Shown in pieces: positions 23,101 through 36,339 of a stretch of 64,000 nucleotides of DNA. A program made the translations under genes and the position numbers. Each line of letters opens with the position of its first letter. The first letter of the stretch is position 1. The stretch is from contig LSRY02000033.1 of the NCBI GenBank assembly GCA_001643675.2, positions 496,001 through 560,000 of the forward strand. Reading direction: 5' to 3'. The DNA comes from Monocercomonoides exilis PA203. Its lineage: Eukaryota > Protista > Preaxostyla. The notes beneath the pieces were generated by a model, which did no database searches, was not told the origin of the DNA, and saw nothing but the letters and a program-made list of their open reading frames with translations.

Positions 23101-26100
23101 GAGATCTCAAAACAAAGAGAACTGGATTGTCATCTTCATCTTCTTCTGCTTCTTCTGCCTCTGCCTCTTCTTCAATGAGCACCCCATCATTTCCCTCGAC
23201 GTTATATCATGGCTCCCCAGCCTCACTTGTAGTGATGAAGAAGAAGTCCTCTTCTCAATTGATTGACTCACTGGACTCGCTCGCAATGTCTTCTGGCTTG
23301 TCTTCTCTCTCTTCGATGGGCGAAGAATCACGCCCGACGTTTTTGTGTGCGAATCTTTGCAGAAAAGTGAAGGATGAAGACGAATTGGCAGCTGAGAAGA
23401 AGGCGAAGGACAAGAAAAGCAAGCTTGGGAAGAAGGATTCTGCAAGCACTGGGGAAGAAGGGAATGACAAGGAAGAAGGCAAATCATTGATGGGTTCTTC
23501 TTCTTCTTCTTCTGCCTCAGCTTCTTCCTCTTCCTCTTCTTCTTCTACCACCTGCTCAATCTCCGAAGCTGATGTGTTCTGTCTGAAGTGCCATGCTCCT
23601 TTTTGCCATGCCTGTTTTGAGGCGTTCCATTCGCGTGGTGCCTTCTCCTCACACACCACACTCGATCTCAACATGTGCTCTCAATCACAACTGTCGCGTG
23701 TTGTGGCGTTCTTGTCGTGCGACGTGGGCTCGCCGGACTCGCACATCTTTGACGATCAGCTGGGGATTGACCCGATGCTGCTGAGGCAGGTGAGACAAGG
23801 AGGAGGAAGTGGAGAAGGAAGTGGAGGAGGAATGGGAGGAGGTATAGGAGGAGGTGGTGGTGGTGAATATGGAGATGATGAGAGAGGGCTGGATGGAGAG
23901 CAGGAGGATCTGGAGAGCCGGATAGAGCGTATGGCGAAGCAGGAGAAGAAGAAAGGGCTGCTGCTGAAGAAGAAGCTGAAAGAAGGAGAAGGGAAAGATG
24001 GAGTGAAGAAGAAGCCATTGAAGAAGTGGGAGAAGCAGAAGCGGACGGAGCTGTCAGCAGACCTGATTCTGCTGCAGAATCTGACGTATCCAGAGAAAGA
24101 AAGAGATTCGATGATGTTTCGCGAGTTTGAGTCGCGTGTGAATGACACACTTTGGTTTGAGGAGCGGCTAAGGCAGGAGAAAGAGGCAGCAGATGTGCGG
24201 GTAATGAAGAAGGAGGAGGCAGTGAAGGAAGAACTGGCGGTGTCGAGAGAGAGGGAGAGGATGATCAAAGTGAAGGAGGAGGAGCTGAGGAAGAGCGAGC
24301 AGCTGTGCAATGAGAAAGAGAGCGAGAAGCAGAGGCTGAAGAAGGAATTGGAGGAAGAAAAGTTGAAAGAGGAGAAACTGATGGATGAATATGGGAAGAA
24401 AGAACAAGAATGGAAGAAGAAGTTTGAAGATGAAGAAGCGAAGATGAAGGCTGCGCTGCTTCTGAAGGACAATGAGAAGGCAGAGGCGAAGAAGCAAAGC
24501 GAAGATGAGCTGGCGAAGATGGCAGAAGCACACCAACAGGCAGTGGAGGAGCTGAAGAAAGAGCACAGGGCGCTTGTGGAGGCGAAGGAGAGCGAGCTGA
24601 GTGAAGTGAGAAGGGTGATGGAGAAGACAGAGCTGCAGTTGAGAGAGACAGAAGAAGAAGTGAGGGAGAAGGAGAAGAAAGTGCAAGAATTGACTGAGGA
24701 ATGCCGTGTTCTGACTGAAAAACTGGAGAAAGCCAAAGAAGAGAGAGAAGAAGAGAAGAAGAGGCACAAGGAAGAGATGGCAGATGCCGAAGCAAAAGCC
24801 GGAGAAACTCTGCTGCAGACAGAGGAGCGGCTGAAGAAGGAGATCGGAGAAATAGAAGAGCGAGTGAAAGAGGCGCGCGGAGAAACTGAGGCGGAGAAAG
24901 GGAAAGTGGATGAATTGGAGAAAGACCTGGCGAGTGCAGAAGAGAAGCTGCTGGTGCTGGAGCATGCGATGAAGGAGAAGGAGAAGGAGGTGAGTGTGAT
25001 GGCAGCAGAGAAGGAGAAGAGCGAGAGAGAATGGGGCGAAGCAATCGAAGAGAAAGAGCGGTTGCTGGAGAAAGAGAGGCAGAGCTGCGAGAAGAAGCTG
25101 AAGGCGCTGGAAGAGAAAGCCGCAAAAGTGAAAGAGGGATTGGAAGAGGAGAAGAAGACGATGGAGGAAGAGATGAAGAAAGCAGCAGATGAAAGCGAGG
25201 CGCAGCAGAATGCACTGAATGCCACGATTGAAGAGCTGAAGAAGTCGATTGTGGAGATCCGGCAGAAGATGGAGGAGAAAGAGAAGGCGATCCAGGAGGA
25301 GAGGAAGGAGACGAGCGAGATGAGGAAGAAGTGGCGGAAGGAAAAGGAAGAGCTGACAAAGAAGACGGAAGATGAGAAAGCAGCACTCACACAGGAAAAG
25401 CGGAACATGGAGGCGAAGCTGCAGAAGGAGAAAGAAGATCAATTGGAAGAGAAAGAGTCAAAAATAGCTGAAAAGGAAGACGAAATCAAAAAGAAGGAAA
25501 AACAGCTGAAGACCGCGCAGGCAGAGCTGGAGTTGCTGAGGCAGACGGTGGCTGACTTGGAGAAAGTGAACAAAGAACTGGCAGTGCAGAACGAAGAGAA
25601 AGAGGTGAAGATGAAGAAAGAACAGCAGAGGTCGGCAGAGGAGAAAGAGGAGATGGAGAAGGAGAGAGAAAGCGAGAGAGTGTGTGCTAAGCAGAAGATG
25701 AATGAGTTAGAAGCACAAAGAACAGCAGTGAATGAGACTCTTATTGCAACACAGGCGTCGCTGGCAGCGCTTGTGAAGGAGAAGAAAGGGCTGGAGGAGC
25801 AAATGGAGGAGATGAGGAAGAAAGAGGAGCAGCTGAATAAAAGAATTGCAGAGATGGAGGCAGAAAACGAGGAAGAGGTGAGGCAGCTGAAGGCGAAGCT
25901 GCAGAACGAGAGGGAAGAGAAGCTGAAAGAGATTGAGAAGGCTAAAGAGGAAGGGAACGAGATGGTGAACCAGATGAGGAAAAGGGTGAGGGATGTGGAA
26001 GAAGAAGCAGAAGAAGAGAGGCAGAAGAGGAAGGAGAAAGAGGCAGTGATAAAGGAGATGCAAGTGGAAAGGGAGGACAATGAGAGAGCGATGAAGGAGG

Positions 26101-29100
26101 AGAAGGAAGAGATGGAGAGAGAAAGAAATGAGAATCTTCAGCTGTTGGAAAGAGAAAGGCAGGTGATGGAGGAAGAGAAGGCGTCTGTGATGAAACGGTG
26201 TGGAAGAGAGATTGAAGAGCTGAAGAGGCAGATAAGCGAGTTGGAAGAAGCGAAGAGGAAGAAAGAAATCGCACTGAGCGATGCGGAAGAAGCGCTGAAG
26301 GAAGAAACGCAGGCGAAGGAAGCGATTGTGAAGGAGAAAGAGGAAGAAGAGGAGAAGAAGAAGAAAGAGATTGCGAAGATGAAGGAGACGCACGAGAAGG
26401 AGAAGAAGAAGGTTGTGGAGGAATATCAGTCGAAGCTGAAAGAGATGAAAGATGAATTGGATGCGACGCAGAAGGCGCTGGATGAAGCAAAGCATCTTTT
26501 GGAGGAGAAAGAGAAGGTGCTGTTTTTGGAAGGGAAAGAGAAAGACGAGTGGAGAGAAAAGACAGAAGATGAGATTTTGCTGATGCGAAGGGAGTTGGAA
26601 GAGGCGAGGCAGAAACACGAAGAAGAACACCAGAAAGCACAGGAAGAGGCAGAAAGAGCAGTAAATGAGGCGAAGAAAGAGGTGAAGAAGAAAGAGAAAG
26701 AAGCGGCAGAGCTGGCAGCTGAGATGGAAGAGGCGCAGAACAAACTGAATGAAGCTGAGCAGGCGAAGAGGCAGCTGGCGAAGGAGATTGAGGCGAAGGA
26801 GGTGCAGATACATCGTCTGGAGGAGACATTAAAGGAAGAGGAGAAAGAACTGGAAGAGACGAAGATGAAAAGCAGCATGATTGTGGAGAGCCAAGTGAGC
26901 CAGATGAAGGAAGAGCTTGAAGGAGTGAAGAAGTCGCTGTCAGAAGCAGAAGCTGCGTTGGAAGCGAAAGAAAAAGAAAAGCAAAAACTGATTGAGCAAA
27001 AGGAGGACGACACGAAGACGCTGCAGCAGACGCAGAAGGAGCTGGAAGCGCTGAAGACGGCGGTGGAAGAGGAGACGGAGAAGATGAAGAAGAAGTTGCA
27101 GAGGGAGAAGGAGAACATGGCAGAAGAACTGGCACATTCAAAGGCAGAATGCACACACCAGGTGGAGTTGATGAAGAAGAGGGTGAAGGAGATGGAGGAC
27201 GAGGCAGACGAAGAGAGGAAGAGAAGGAAAGAGAAAGAGGTGTTGTATCGAAAGCTGGAGGAGGAAGTGGATGTGAAGGAGACGCAGCTGAAGAAAGAGC
27301 GGGTGGAGATGAGGGATCAAAAGGAAGAGATGGAGAGGCTGTTGAGCGAGGCAATCACAGAGAAAGAGAGAGAGAGAGAGGAAGCGCAGAGAAGAAGAGC
27401 GAAGGAGAAGGAAGAAGAAGAGGAAGAGAAGGAGTCGATGCGAAAGAGCCACGAAAGAGAGATAATGCTGCTGAAGGAGAAAGAGGAAGAGCTGGAAAAC
27501 GAGAAGAAGAAGAAAGAGGAAGCGTTTGGGGTGGCAGAGCAAAGGATGAAGGAAGATATTGCATTGCTTGAGAAGCAGCTGAAGGAGGCAGAAGACGAAA
27601 GAGAAAGACTAACACAGGAGCTGCAGACAGTGAAAGAGGAGAGAGAGAGAAAGAAAGAAAAGGAGAAGGAGAGGATGGAAAGGACAGCCAATGAGGCAGA
27701 GAAGGAGATGGAAGAGCTGAGAGAGAAGATGGAGGCGATCAAAGCCGAAACGACAGAGCACATCGAAGAGATGGAGAAGGAGATTGAGCTACGGGATGAA
27801 AAAATAGCAGAGTTGTCAGCACATCTGGCAGAGACGCAGGAGGCGAACGACACGATGAGCAAAGAGAAAGAGCTGGTTATTCGTCGACTGAACAGCGAGA
27901 TTGAGTCGCTTTCTGGACGACTGCTGGCTGAAAAGGGGCAGCTGGCAGAGCTGACAGAGAGGGAGATGAGAGAGCTGAGAGAGGAATGTGAAGTGCTGCG
28001 GGAGCAGATGGAAGAGCAGGCGAATCTGAACGGAGAGAAAGAGGCAGCGAACAAGTCGCTTCATTTGCAGATTGAGCGGATGGAGAAGAGTCTGAAGGAG
28101 GTGGAAGAGAAGAAGAATGAGCTGGAGAAGAGAGAGGAAGAGCTGCAGAGGACACATCTGGAGGAGAAGAAGAAGCTGAAGGAGGATCAGCAGAAGGCGG
28201 TGAAGGAGGCGGATGAGCTGAGGAAGAAAGAGGAAGGGCAAAGGAAAGCAGCAGAGGAAGAGAGAGAAAAGGTTCGAGCACGGTTGAATGAAGAAGTGGC
28301 GAAGATGAAGCAGCTGATGGAGCAGCTGAAGGAGAAAGAAGAGTCGATAGAGAGGATGGCAGCAGCCAATGAAGAGCTGGGGAAGAAGAAGAAAGAGGCA
28401 GAGGAGAGGGAGATGGAGCAGATGAGTAAAAGGAAAGTGATGATGGAGGAGCTGAAGAAGAAAGACGAGGAGCTGTTTGAGCTGAAGGAGAGAATAAAGG
28501 ACAAAGAGAAGTCGATGAATCTGGGAGAAGAGGAGAAGAGCAAGCTGGGCAGAGAGATGAGAGAGAAAGAAAGGCGCCTGGAGAGAGAGAAAGAAGACCT
28601 GGCGAGGCTGCTGCAGGTGAAGGAGAGCGAGAACGAGGAAGCAGCAAACAAGCTGAAGAAGAAAGAGGAAGAGCTGGCGGCGCTGAGGGAGGACACAGAA
28701 GAGCAGCGGAAGAAGCTGCGGGCAGTCAACACGAGCCAGGCGGAGCTGAGTGAGAAGATGGAGCAGCTGAACGAGTGTTTGGAGAGGGAGAAGGCGCTGA
28801 AGGAAGAGGAGAGCGGGCAGAAGGAGAACTTGAAGCAGAAAGTGAAAGAGTTGGAGAACAGAGGGGCAGAGCTGAAGAACCAGCTGGAGCAGATGAAGGC
28901 GCTGTGTGAAGAGCAGAAGCAGCAGATGTCGCAGCTTCAGTTCAAACTGGGTGCAACTAATGAGTCTCTGCAGTTTGCACAGGAAGAGGCAGAGAAAGAG
29001 AAGGGCAGGGCAGCCGAGGACAGGAATGCGAGCGATGTGAGAGAGGAGAAGCTGAAGCAGCGGGTGCTGCTGTTCACAAAGAGGGAGGGAGAGTGGCTGC

Positions 29101-30275
29101 TGCGTGTGATGCGGGAGAAGAACCGGGCGAGAGATGCAGAAGAGGCGCTGAAGGAGGCCGAGGCGCTGAAGGCAGAAGTGGAAGAGCGATGGCAAAGAGA
29201 TCAGCAGACGTACCAGCAGCTGATCGGGAAGATGAACAGCGATCTGAATGCAGCAGTGAAGAAAGTGCTGGGCTTGGAGATGAGCATCACAGCACTCACA
29301 GACACGAACAAGGCGCTGTGTGAGTCGAATAAGCTGGTGACGTATGCGCAGATGGGCACAGACATTGGAGACCAGCTGCTGAGGAGAGAGAAAGAGAGGA
29401 TGATGGAAGAGGCAGGAGGGGAGGGAGAGAGAGAAGGAGAAGGGGTGTTGAGTAATAATAATAACAACAATAATAATGTTAATAGAAATACAAATGGTAA
29501 TGAAGACAGAAACACGAATAAATACACATCTGCTATTTCACGAACAGCCACTCCTTCATCTTCATTGATGAATAATTCAACAACTTCATCATCTTCCTCC
29601 TCCTCGTCATCATCTTCTTCTCAGTCAGAAGAGTCGAGCAACATCGACATTGTGGTGCAGCCTCTGAAGCGCCGAGTGATTCAACTGGAGTCCTCATTGG
29701 TGGAGATGAACAGCAATCAGATCGAACTGAGCAGACAGAATGTGCAGCTGAAGGAGCTGAAAGAGGAAGTGGAACAGAAATTGAGTGTGTATGAGAGAAA
29801 ACTGGAAGAATTGGAAGATGCTTTGTTCGATGCGATGATGGAGAACCAGTCGCTCCGCGCGCAGATCGAAGAAAGAAGCAACACAGCTTCTCTTTCTCAC
29901 TCTCCCTCTGCTTCTCCTTCTCCTTCTCCCTTAGCTCTGCCTCTTCCATTCATGTCTCCCTCATTGCGTTCATTTGCTCCTGTGGCAAAGAGAGCATGTG
30001 GAACTGTCTCTACGCCCTCCTCTGCTCTGCCATCGAGAACGACTTCTCCCTCACTCAGACCTTCTCCTCAGACATCCTCTTTCTTCAGCTCGCCCAGCCG
30101 CCAGACATCTCCATCTCCGTCTCCTTCGCTTTTCTCGTTTGCTGCTTCTACTTCTTCGACTACCTCTTCTGCTTCTTCCTTCTTTTCCTCTCGCCCTATC
30201 GCCTCCTCTCCCTTTGTCTCATCCATCGGACTAACTTCATCTTCTCTTAATGGATCATCATCATCAACAACATTG

Positions 30276-30307
<32 letters not shown>

Positions 30308-30845
30308 CATTCAAAAGCCTCTTTCTCTCTCTCCTTCTGTTTCTGCCTCTTTCCATCCGCTTCCGTTTCTGGCGATTGCTGCAGCGCATCACAAACAAGC
30401 AGAAACATCTGCGCCTGTTGAGACGCCCCTCTCACGTGCTCAGTCACCTGCACTGTCTAGTTTGATATCTTCTGCTTCATCATCATCATCATCTTCTTCT
30501 TCTTCTTCATTTTCTTCTTCTTCCTCTCAGCAGTTATTACCAGCACTTGAGACAGCATCGCCAGATGTACCTACTCCTTTGGTTGTGTTTGCCACTCATC
30601 CTCTGTCGCAATCAGCAACAGACTCTTCTTCTCTTCCTCATCATCTGCAGCCTCCTTCTCCTTTATCTCCTGCTTCTTCTACATCTTCCACATCTTCTTC
30701 TTCTATTTCTTCTTCCTTCTCTTCCTTCTTTTCACACACCAGCACAGTTGAGAGTGCTGTGCCTTCTCTCCCGTCTTCTCGCTTTGTTCCAAAAGTTCCT
30801 GTTTCTTCATCTCGCTGGAAGAAAAAGAAGCTATTTCTCTTTTGA
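20158..30845 (+). CDS. Kinesin-1-like heavy chain, ~3,350 aa: N-terminal motor, B-box Zn finger, ~1,900-aa coiled coil, Ser-rich tail
   Basis: [13 protein letters not shown]-loop [21 protein letters not shown], switch I NERSSRSH, switch [19 protein letters not shown], and a KIF5-like neck [19 protein letters not shown]. The motor is split by several short introns; the terminal exon is 21517-30845. Confidence 0.92.
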
Positions 30846-31144
30846 GTGAAAATTAAAAAAAATAAAAAAATAAAAAAAATAAAAGGATTATTCTTCATAT
30901 TTTGTTAATTCTTTGGTAATAAAGTATTTTTTTAATTGTGGCATATATATTTTATTGATATAACTTATCAATAAGTATTATTATTATTATTTCTTTTTAT
31001 TAAGTGATGTCTCTAAGATGCGTGCTTTTCGCATTAATCGTAGATATTTCATCGAGTTTGATCATTTCGAATTATCTATTGAATTATCCTTTATTTTTCA
31101 AACAAATGAATAGCAATTTTTATCTTTTTATTTTATTATTATTC

Positions 31145-31203
31145 TTTTATTTTATTTTATTTTATTTTATTTTTTTTTTTTTTTTTTTTTTTTATTTTAT
31201 TTT
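31145..31203 (+). repeat. (TTTTA)n plus poly-T tract between convergent genes
   Basis: Directly visible. Confidence 0.7.
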
Positions 31204-31844
31204 CTAATTGAATATTTTTGTATGTTTAGTCTTCATGTCAATTACAGCACATGTCTTATTGCATTTGTTATGCTGTTGATATTCCAACAACTTTTGAATT
31301 AACGTTGGAGTAATTTTCTTTCTTTTTTTTTTTGAATGAAGCTTTAAGCTTCAATTTTTTTTATTCCTTTTTTTTTTACAATTTTTTTTATTATTATGTG
31401 TTGCTTGATGCTCAATTCAAGAGATCATATGCACACACATATCACACACATTTTGTATGAAAGTGACATTTGATTCCTCAGAACAGATGTTTCGATTAAT
31501 TTTCGCTTTATTTTTTATCCTTTTTCTTTGAGAACAGAGGAAAGAAATGAAAGGAAATGAATATTTTTTTTAACATTATAAAGTTTTGTATCCGATATTT
31601 TTTGTTTATGAATGGCAAAAATAAGTACAAGAATAGAAAGGAGTGTGTGATATGTTAATAAATAACACCTGTCGAACCTCAATGAATGAATAATTGTATT
31701 CAGCCGGAACTCTTTTGATTGATATTTATCAAAGCATTCTCTTCGCGTGTCTTTAACTTCTTCTCTTTCTCGTTAATTATCATTGTTCGTCTTACTCTTT
31801 CTTTTTCATCCAATTCACTGCTCTTTTCTTAACCACTCAGGTTT

Positions 31845-32732
31845 TTAGTTCTTTTCCATGAAATAGCAATGGTATATCGATGCTTCTTTTCTGTCTTCGT
31901 CTGAAGATTTCACTTCCTTTGCTGTAACTATCCAGTCAAATGCTGGATCTTCAAAGTGCAGAATACGTGATTCAGGATCACCATATGTCATAACCAAATA
32001 TGTACTTCAAATGATGAAAAAAACAATGAAAGAGATAGTATTTTTTATTTTAAAAAAAGACATGTTAAGTTGAAGCTTGAAAACGCATATAATTAATATG
32101 TATTTCAAACCCTCCTGGTTTAAGAACACGACTCACTTCTGAGTTCATTTTTTTCGCATTTACGAAACTGTTAGATCCACATAATATTGCATCCAGTGTA
32201 CCCTTATCAAAAACAACGTCAAATGACTCTGATTCAAAGGATAGTTGGCGAGTATCCATTGTGATCCCTGAATGAAAAGTTTGAAAAGGATACAATTGTT
32301 GCATTACGCATACACTTTACTGTTGGCAGCATTTCATGATATTGTTCTTCCATTTTCTTTATAACAACTGGTGAAATATCAACATTTGTCACATCTTTAT
32401 ATCCGTCACGTACTAAAAATTCGGCAAAAGCTGAAGTAATAATAATTATTCAAAATATCATTTGTGAAGAAAAAATAAAAAAAGCAAACTGGAATTTCCA
32501 CAGCCAATATTCAAAATCTTAATATCTTTACGATCGTATTTAGCTAGTAAATCTGTAACAACTGAATGATAATTAAAGTACCAATCAAAGCTTGTTGTTG
32601 CCTCAGAATAACGTTTGTCCCAGTAATCTTATTAAAAACGCAAATGCACGCATAAATGAATTCGATATTAAATTTAATTCTCTGTGAAAAAATGCTCAAA
32701 CCAGCTTCACCGTATCTAGCTCCGCTAGACAT
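31845..32732 (-). CDS. Class I SAM-dependent protein-lysine methyltransferase, EEF1AKMT4/METTL13 N-domain family; multi-exon
   Basis: Spliced product reads MSSGARYGEADYWDKRY...FDWY...KILNIGCGNS...VTNVDISPVVI...MDTRQLSFESESFDVVFDKGTLDAILCG...VSRVLKPGG...TYGDPESR, with TAA at 31847-31845. Confidence 0.9.
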
Positions 32733-32788
32733 TTTCAAATAACAAATCAAGGATCAATTTCCCCTTAAGTTCATATCACCTTTCACAA
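32733..32788. promoter_or_regulatory. Putative 56-bp bidirectional promoter region
   Basis: Only 56 nt separate the divergent predicted start codons at 32732(-) and 32789(+). Confidence 0.45.
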
Positions 32789-34804
32789 ATGTGTATATCC
32801 AGTGACTCGCTCACCTCCAGGATTGTACACTTTTGCATTTGCTTAATATTAATAGCATGCGGAAGCGTTCTACTGGGGATGAGCGTTGGATTTGTGGGTG
32901 ATATGTTTTTCTTTTGGATTTTTGCTTTGGTTTGCTTTTTGTCATCTTTTTTTTTTCATTATTATTATCATATCATATTTTTATAGCTAGGATTATTGCT
33001 GCTTCTGACAGCAATGCTTTCTTTCGCAACAGGTTTTATTTTTGTTTTTCAACTATTTTTATATTTTTTGACCTTTGAAAGCATGCTGTTGTGGTGGAAA
33101 AAAGCGACACACCGTAATTGCACATTTCTCGCAATTCTTAACTTTATTTTTAACATTTGTGACGCCAATTGTTGCGATTGCATCGTTTTTGTCTCCTGTT
33201 ATATTCTATCTCGGTTTTCTTTCTTATAAATAATTTAAATTAGAGTTATTTTTCATTTTATATTTTTGAAGTGATTGGAACTGAAGAAGGACTAGAAAGC
33301 ATTGTAAAATACTCAGATGCAGAGTGTCTGATGATCACAATGGATTGCGCTTCTTATGTTTGATAATTAATAATAAACAATCATTCAATAATTTTTTTTT
33401 TTTAATTTGTTATTTTTGCAAACACTAGATTGTTGACCACTTTTACACAAAAATTTTATTTGTCCCACTTACCACTGTAATCTCCTTTTTTCTTCTTATC
33501 ATATTGTTTTATTCTTCGTGTATGCAATTTGTTTTTTAAAAGTTAAAATTTCCTTTTTGCTTCATTCAAATGTTTTAGCTATCATCTTCAATCGCTTTGA
33601 CTTCTCCAAATTTTCTCTGCTTTTTACAACTATCGTCATGTTTTGTGTTGGAATGGTCGTTCTGATTTTTGCATCGATTTTGCTTGAGCAGCTTGGAAGA
33701 CTTCACTTCATGTCAGTATGTTTTGTTTTTGAAATTTATACAGTATTTTTTAATAATTTTTTCAATCCTTAATGATTTGCTTTTACGTAAATTTACGATA
33801 CTTTAAATAACAATTGTTGCTATTTGTTATTTGTAATTACAGTTTGCATTGGTGGCAATTGTGCTGGGGGGATGCGTTATTCTTTGCTCGATTATTGGAA
33901 TGGTTGCATCTCTGTTGCAGAAGTGCCAATTTCCCATGCTCACATTCCATGTTATCTTCACTGTCACATCTGCGCTTGGCATATTATCTTTTGTCATTAT
34001 TTGCTTTGTCACAACTGGAGAGCAAGTGAAAAGCATCGATGGGGATGCTGAGGTATTATATTTTTGAGAACATTTTTAGATGAATTAAAATTACTTTTTT
34101 GTAACATCCAATGAATGAAATTCTATCCCAGACATTGAGTATTTTTCTAAACAGGTTCGAGATGATACAGGCTTTTCCTCCAGATGACCAGAACGCTTAT
34201 ATGAAAACTGTCATTTCGCAAATGATGAAGATGGTGAGTGCTGTTGGTTTGCTTCTGCTTTATTTGCTTTTCAAGATATTTCTTCTTCTTCTTCTTCTTC
34301 TTATGTAATTTTTTTCTTTCTTTCTTTCTTTTTAACACTATTCACAAAGGCGCAATTGTGTGTTTCTATGAGTTTTTGTCGCTGTTCCCATCTCTCAGTT
34401 TGATCTTCAAAAGAGAAGATCGTTTTGTTCACTCGACTGCATCTGAAAGCTCCGTATTCTATTCTGCTTCATCTTCTGCGACTGCATACACTTCAGATAC
34501 TGACTCTTCCTCTGATTACGGCTCTTCGAACGCACTTGGCAGAAATGTCAGAATGAACGGCAATGCGGCTGTTAGTTCGCCTGCTCATTCATCTGCTGCA
34601 CACTCGAATCTTCTAAGTGTGATGGAAGAAGCGATTGTGTCAAATGCGTCTGACATGCTATTCTGCTCTGAAGCCTCCCAACAGGATTCAATGAATCGTG
34701 CTTTCCTCACGACATCAGAAAGAATAGAAACGTTGGCAAATGCTTATGAATGCGGAACTGCCACTCCAGAAAGTAATCGCATTCAATCTGTTTATTCTCT
34801 TTGA
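32789..34804 (+). CDS. Multi-pass membrane protein (about 8 TM, possibly two tandem tetraspanin-like units) with a Ser-rich tail; multi-exon
   Basis: Successive hydrophobic exons (CICLILIACGSVLLG...; FTTIVMFCVGMVVLIFAS...AIVLGGCVILCSIIG...) separated by short T-rich introns; last exon ends at TGA 34804. Exon boundaries are approximate. Confidence 0.6.
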
Positions 34805-35087
34805 ATCTTTCAATAACAGGAAATTTTATTCCTTTCAAACTGTCAATTACGATATGTACAGGAAATTTTTGACTTTGACGAATTTTGAGATAAAGTGTGT
34901 TTTTGCCACTTGTTTGCTTTCAATGAACAAGTTAGCGCTTAATTAAAGATAATCATTTATTTGTTTGTTTTGTTTGAAGTCTCTTGTGTTATTTTTATTT
35001 TTTATTCTTTATTCTTTAAATTTTTTCGGCTTATTATTTAATGATTAGTGTGTTCAAAAATAACTCTTTTTGAAAGTACATTGTGTT

Positions 35088-35131
35088 ATTTTGTTTTTGT
35101 TTTTGTTTTTTGTTTTTGTTTTTTGTTTTTT
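35088..35131 (+). repeat. Imperfect (TTTTTG)n microsatellite
   Basis: Directly visible tandem T5-6G units. Confidence 0.7.
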
Positions 35132-35464
35132 GAAGGTTTTTATTAAAGTTGTTCGAAGTAATTATTTGTTTTATGTAACTGTATGTTTTCATCAATGTAT
35201 TTTGCATCGCAACAATCATGATATTTAAGTTGTTTTGGAATCTACATCAAATTTTAAGAGTATTTTTTGCTTAAAAAACATTTTGTAATTTGCGAAATTT
35301 TCAAAGAATTTTAGTTATTCTTTTTAAAATCAAAATTTTTTAATATATTTCTGCATGAAAATTTCAATCTTCAACAAATCTGATTTAATTTCATATTTAT
35401 TGATTATTTTTTATTATTATTATTTCATAAAATTGATAAGATAGATGTTTCCTCTGTATTTGTT

Positions 35465-36300
35465 TTTCCAAAAATTCAAGTTTGTTTCTGTTATCGGCAA
35501 CTTCAAATTATCATTTTTATTGTTCAAAATACACCAAAAATAATTCTATTTCGAAAAATAATAATTCATTTTCGAAAATTAATAATTCAATTTCGTAATT
35601 TATTAATTCGATTTCGAAAAAGAATAATACAATTTCGAAACGTTAAATTTTTTGATTTGGAGTATGAATAACTTGTGTTTGGGGTTTTAATTCTTTTAAT
35701 TCTTATCTCATCAGCAAATTTTGTTAATCAATATTTGAAAAATGATGCATTTTCATTAAAAAAAGTCTCATTCATTTTTATTGAAATTTATTTATTTTGA
35801 AGTTAATTTGAAAATGAAATAAATACTTTTTCGTGTTGAAAACCGATATTATTCAAAATTATACCAAAGAAACAATTACATTATTGTGAAGAAATTATTC
35901 AATAAACGTGATTGATTTTTTTCTATTTTAATTTAGTTTTCCAATAAAATGAATTTTTTTATTTCTTTTATTATTTTAGTGATGATTTTCGAAAATGAAA
36001 AAAAATTTAAAAATATGATTTATTGATTGTTACAATTAAAAAAAACAGATTTCTTTGAGTTATAATATTTGCTTGATTAAAAAATAACTTCAAAATTTTT
36101 GTAATCCATTCTCGAGATTAATTAAAAATTTCAGAAATAAATGAATTTCGAAATTGAATTATAAATTTTCGAATTCGAATCAATAATTTTCGATTTTGAA
36201 TTATTAATTCCGAATTTGAATCATTTTTGGTGAAAAACTTCAATAAAAAATCTGAATACACCGATATCTCAATAAGAAAACTTGAACTTTTTGATATTTG
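35465..36300. mobile_element. Degenerate foldback-like element: long imperfect inverted arms built from ~19-bp tandem repeats
   Basis: Left arm has repeated AATAATTCAATTTCGAAA-like units (35550-35640); right arm has the reverse complement TTTCGAAATTGAATTAT (36146-36220). Outer segments also pair: CACCAAAAA/TTTTTGGTG, TATCGG/CCGATA, TTCAAGTTT/AAACTTGAA. Confidence 0.6.
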
Positions 36301-36339
36301 AAAAATGTTTTAAAAAATGATCACACATGTAGAAAAGAA

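Noticed and set aside
23756-29551. Many long antisense ORFs (up to 550 aa) opposite the kinesin coiled coil
   Set aside because: Shadow ORFs of a purine-rich GAG/AAG-coded strand; the products are low-complexity S/F/L/P with no domain.
35550-36220. Short repeated units as a possible CRISPR array
   Set aside because: The units are contiguous, degenerate, lack unique spacers, and there are no cas genes; the context is eukaryotic.
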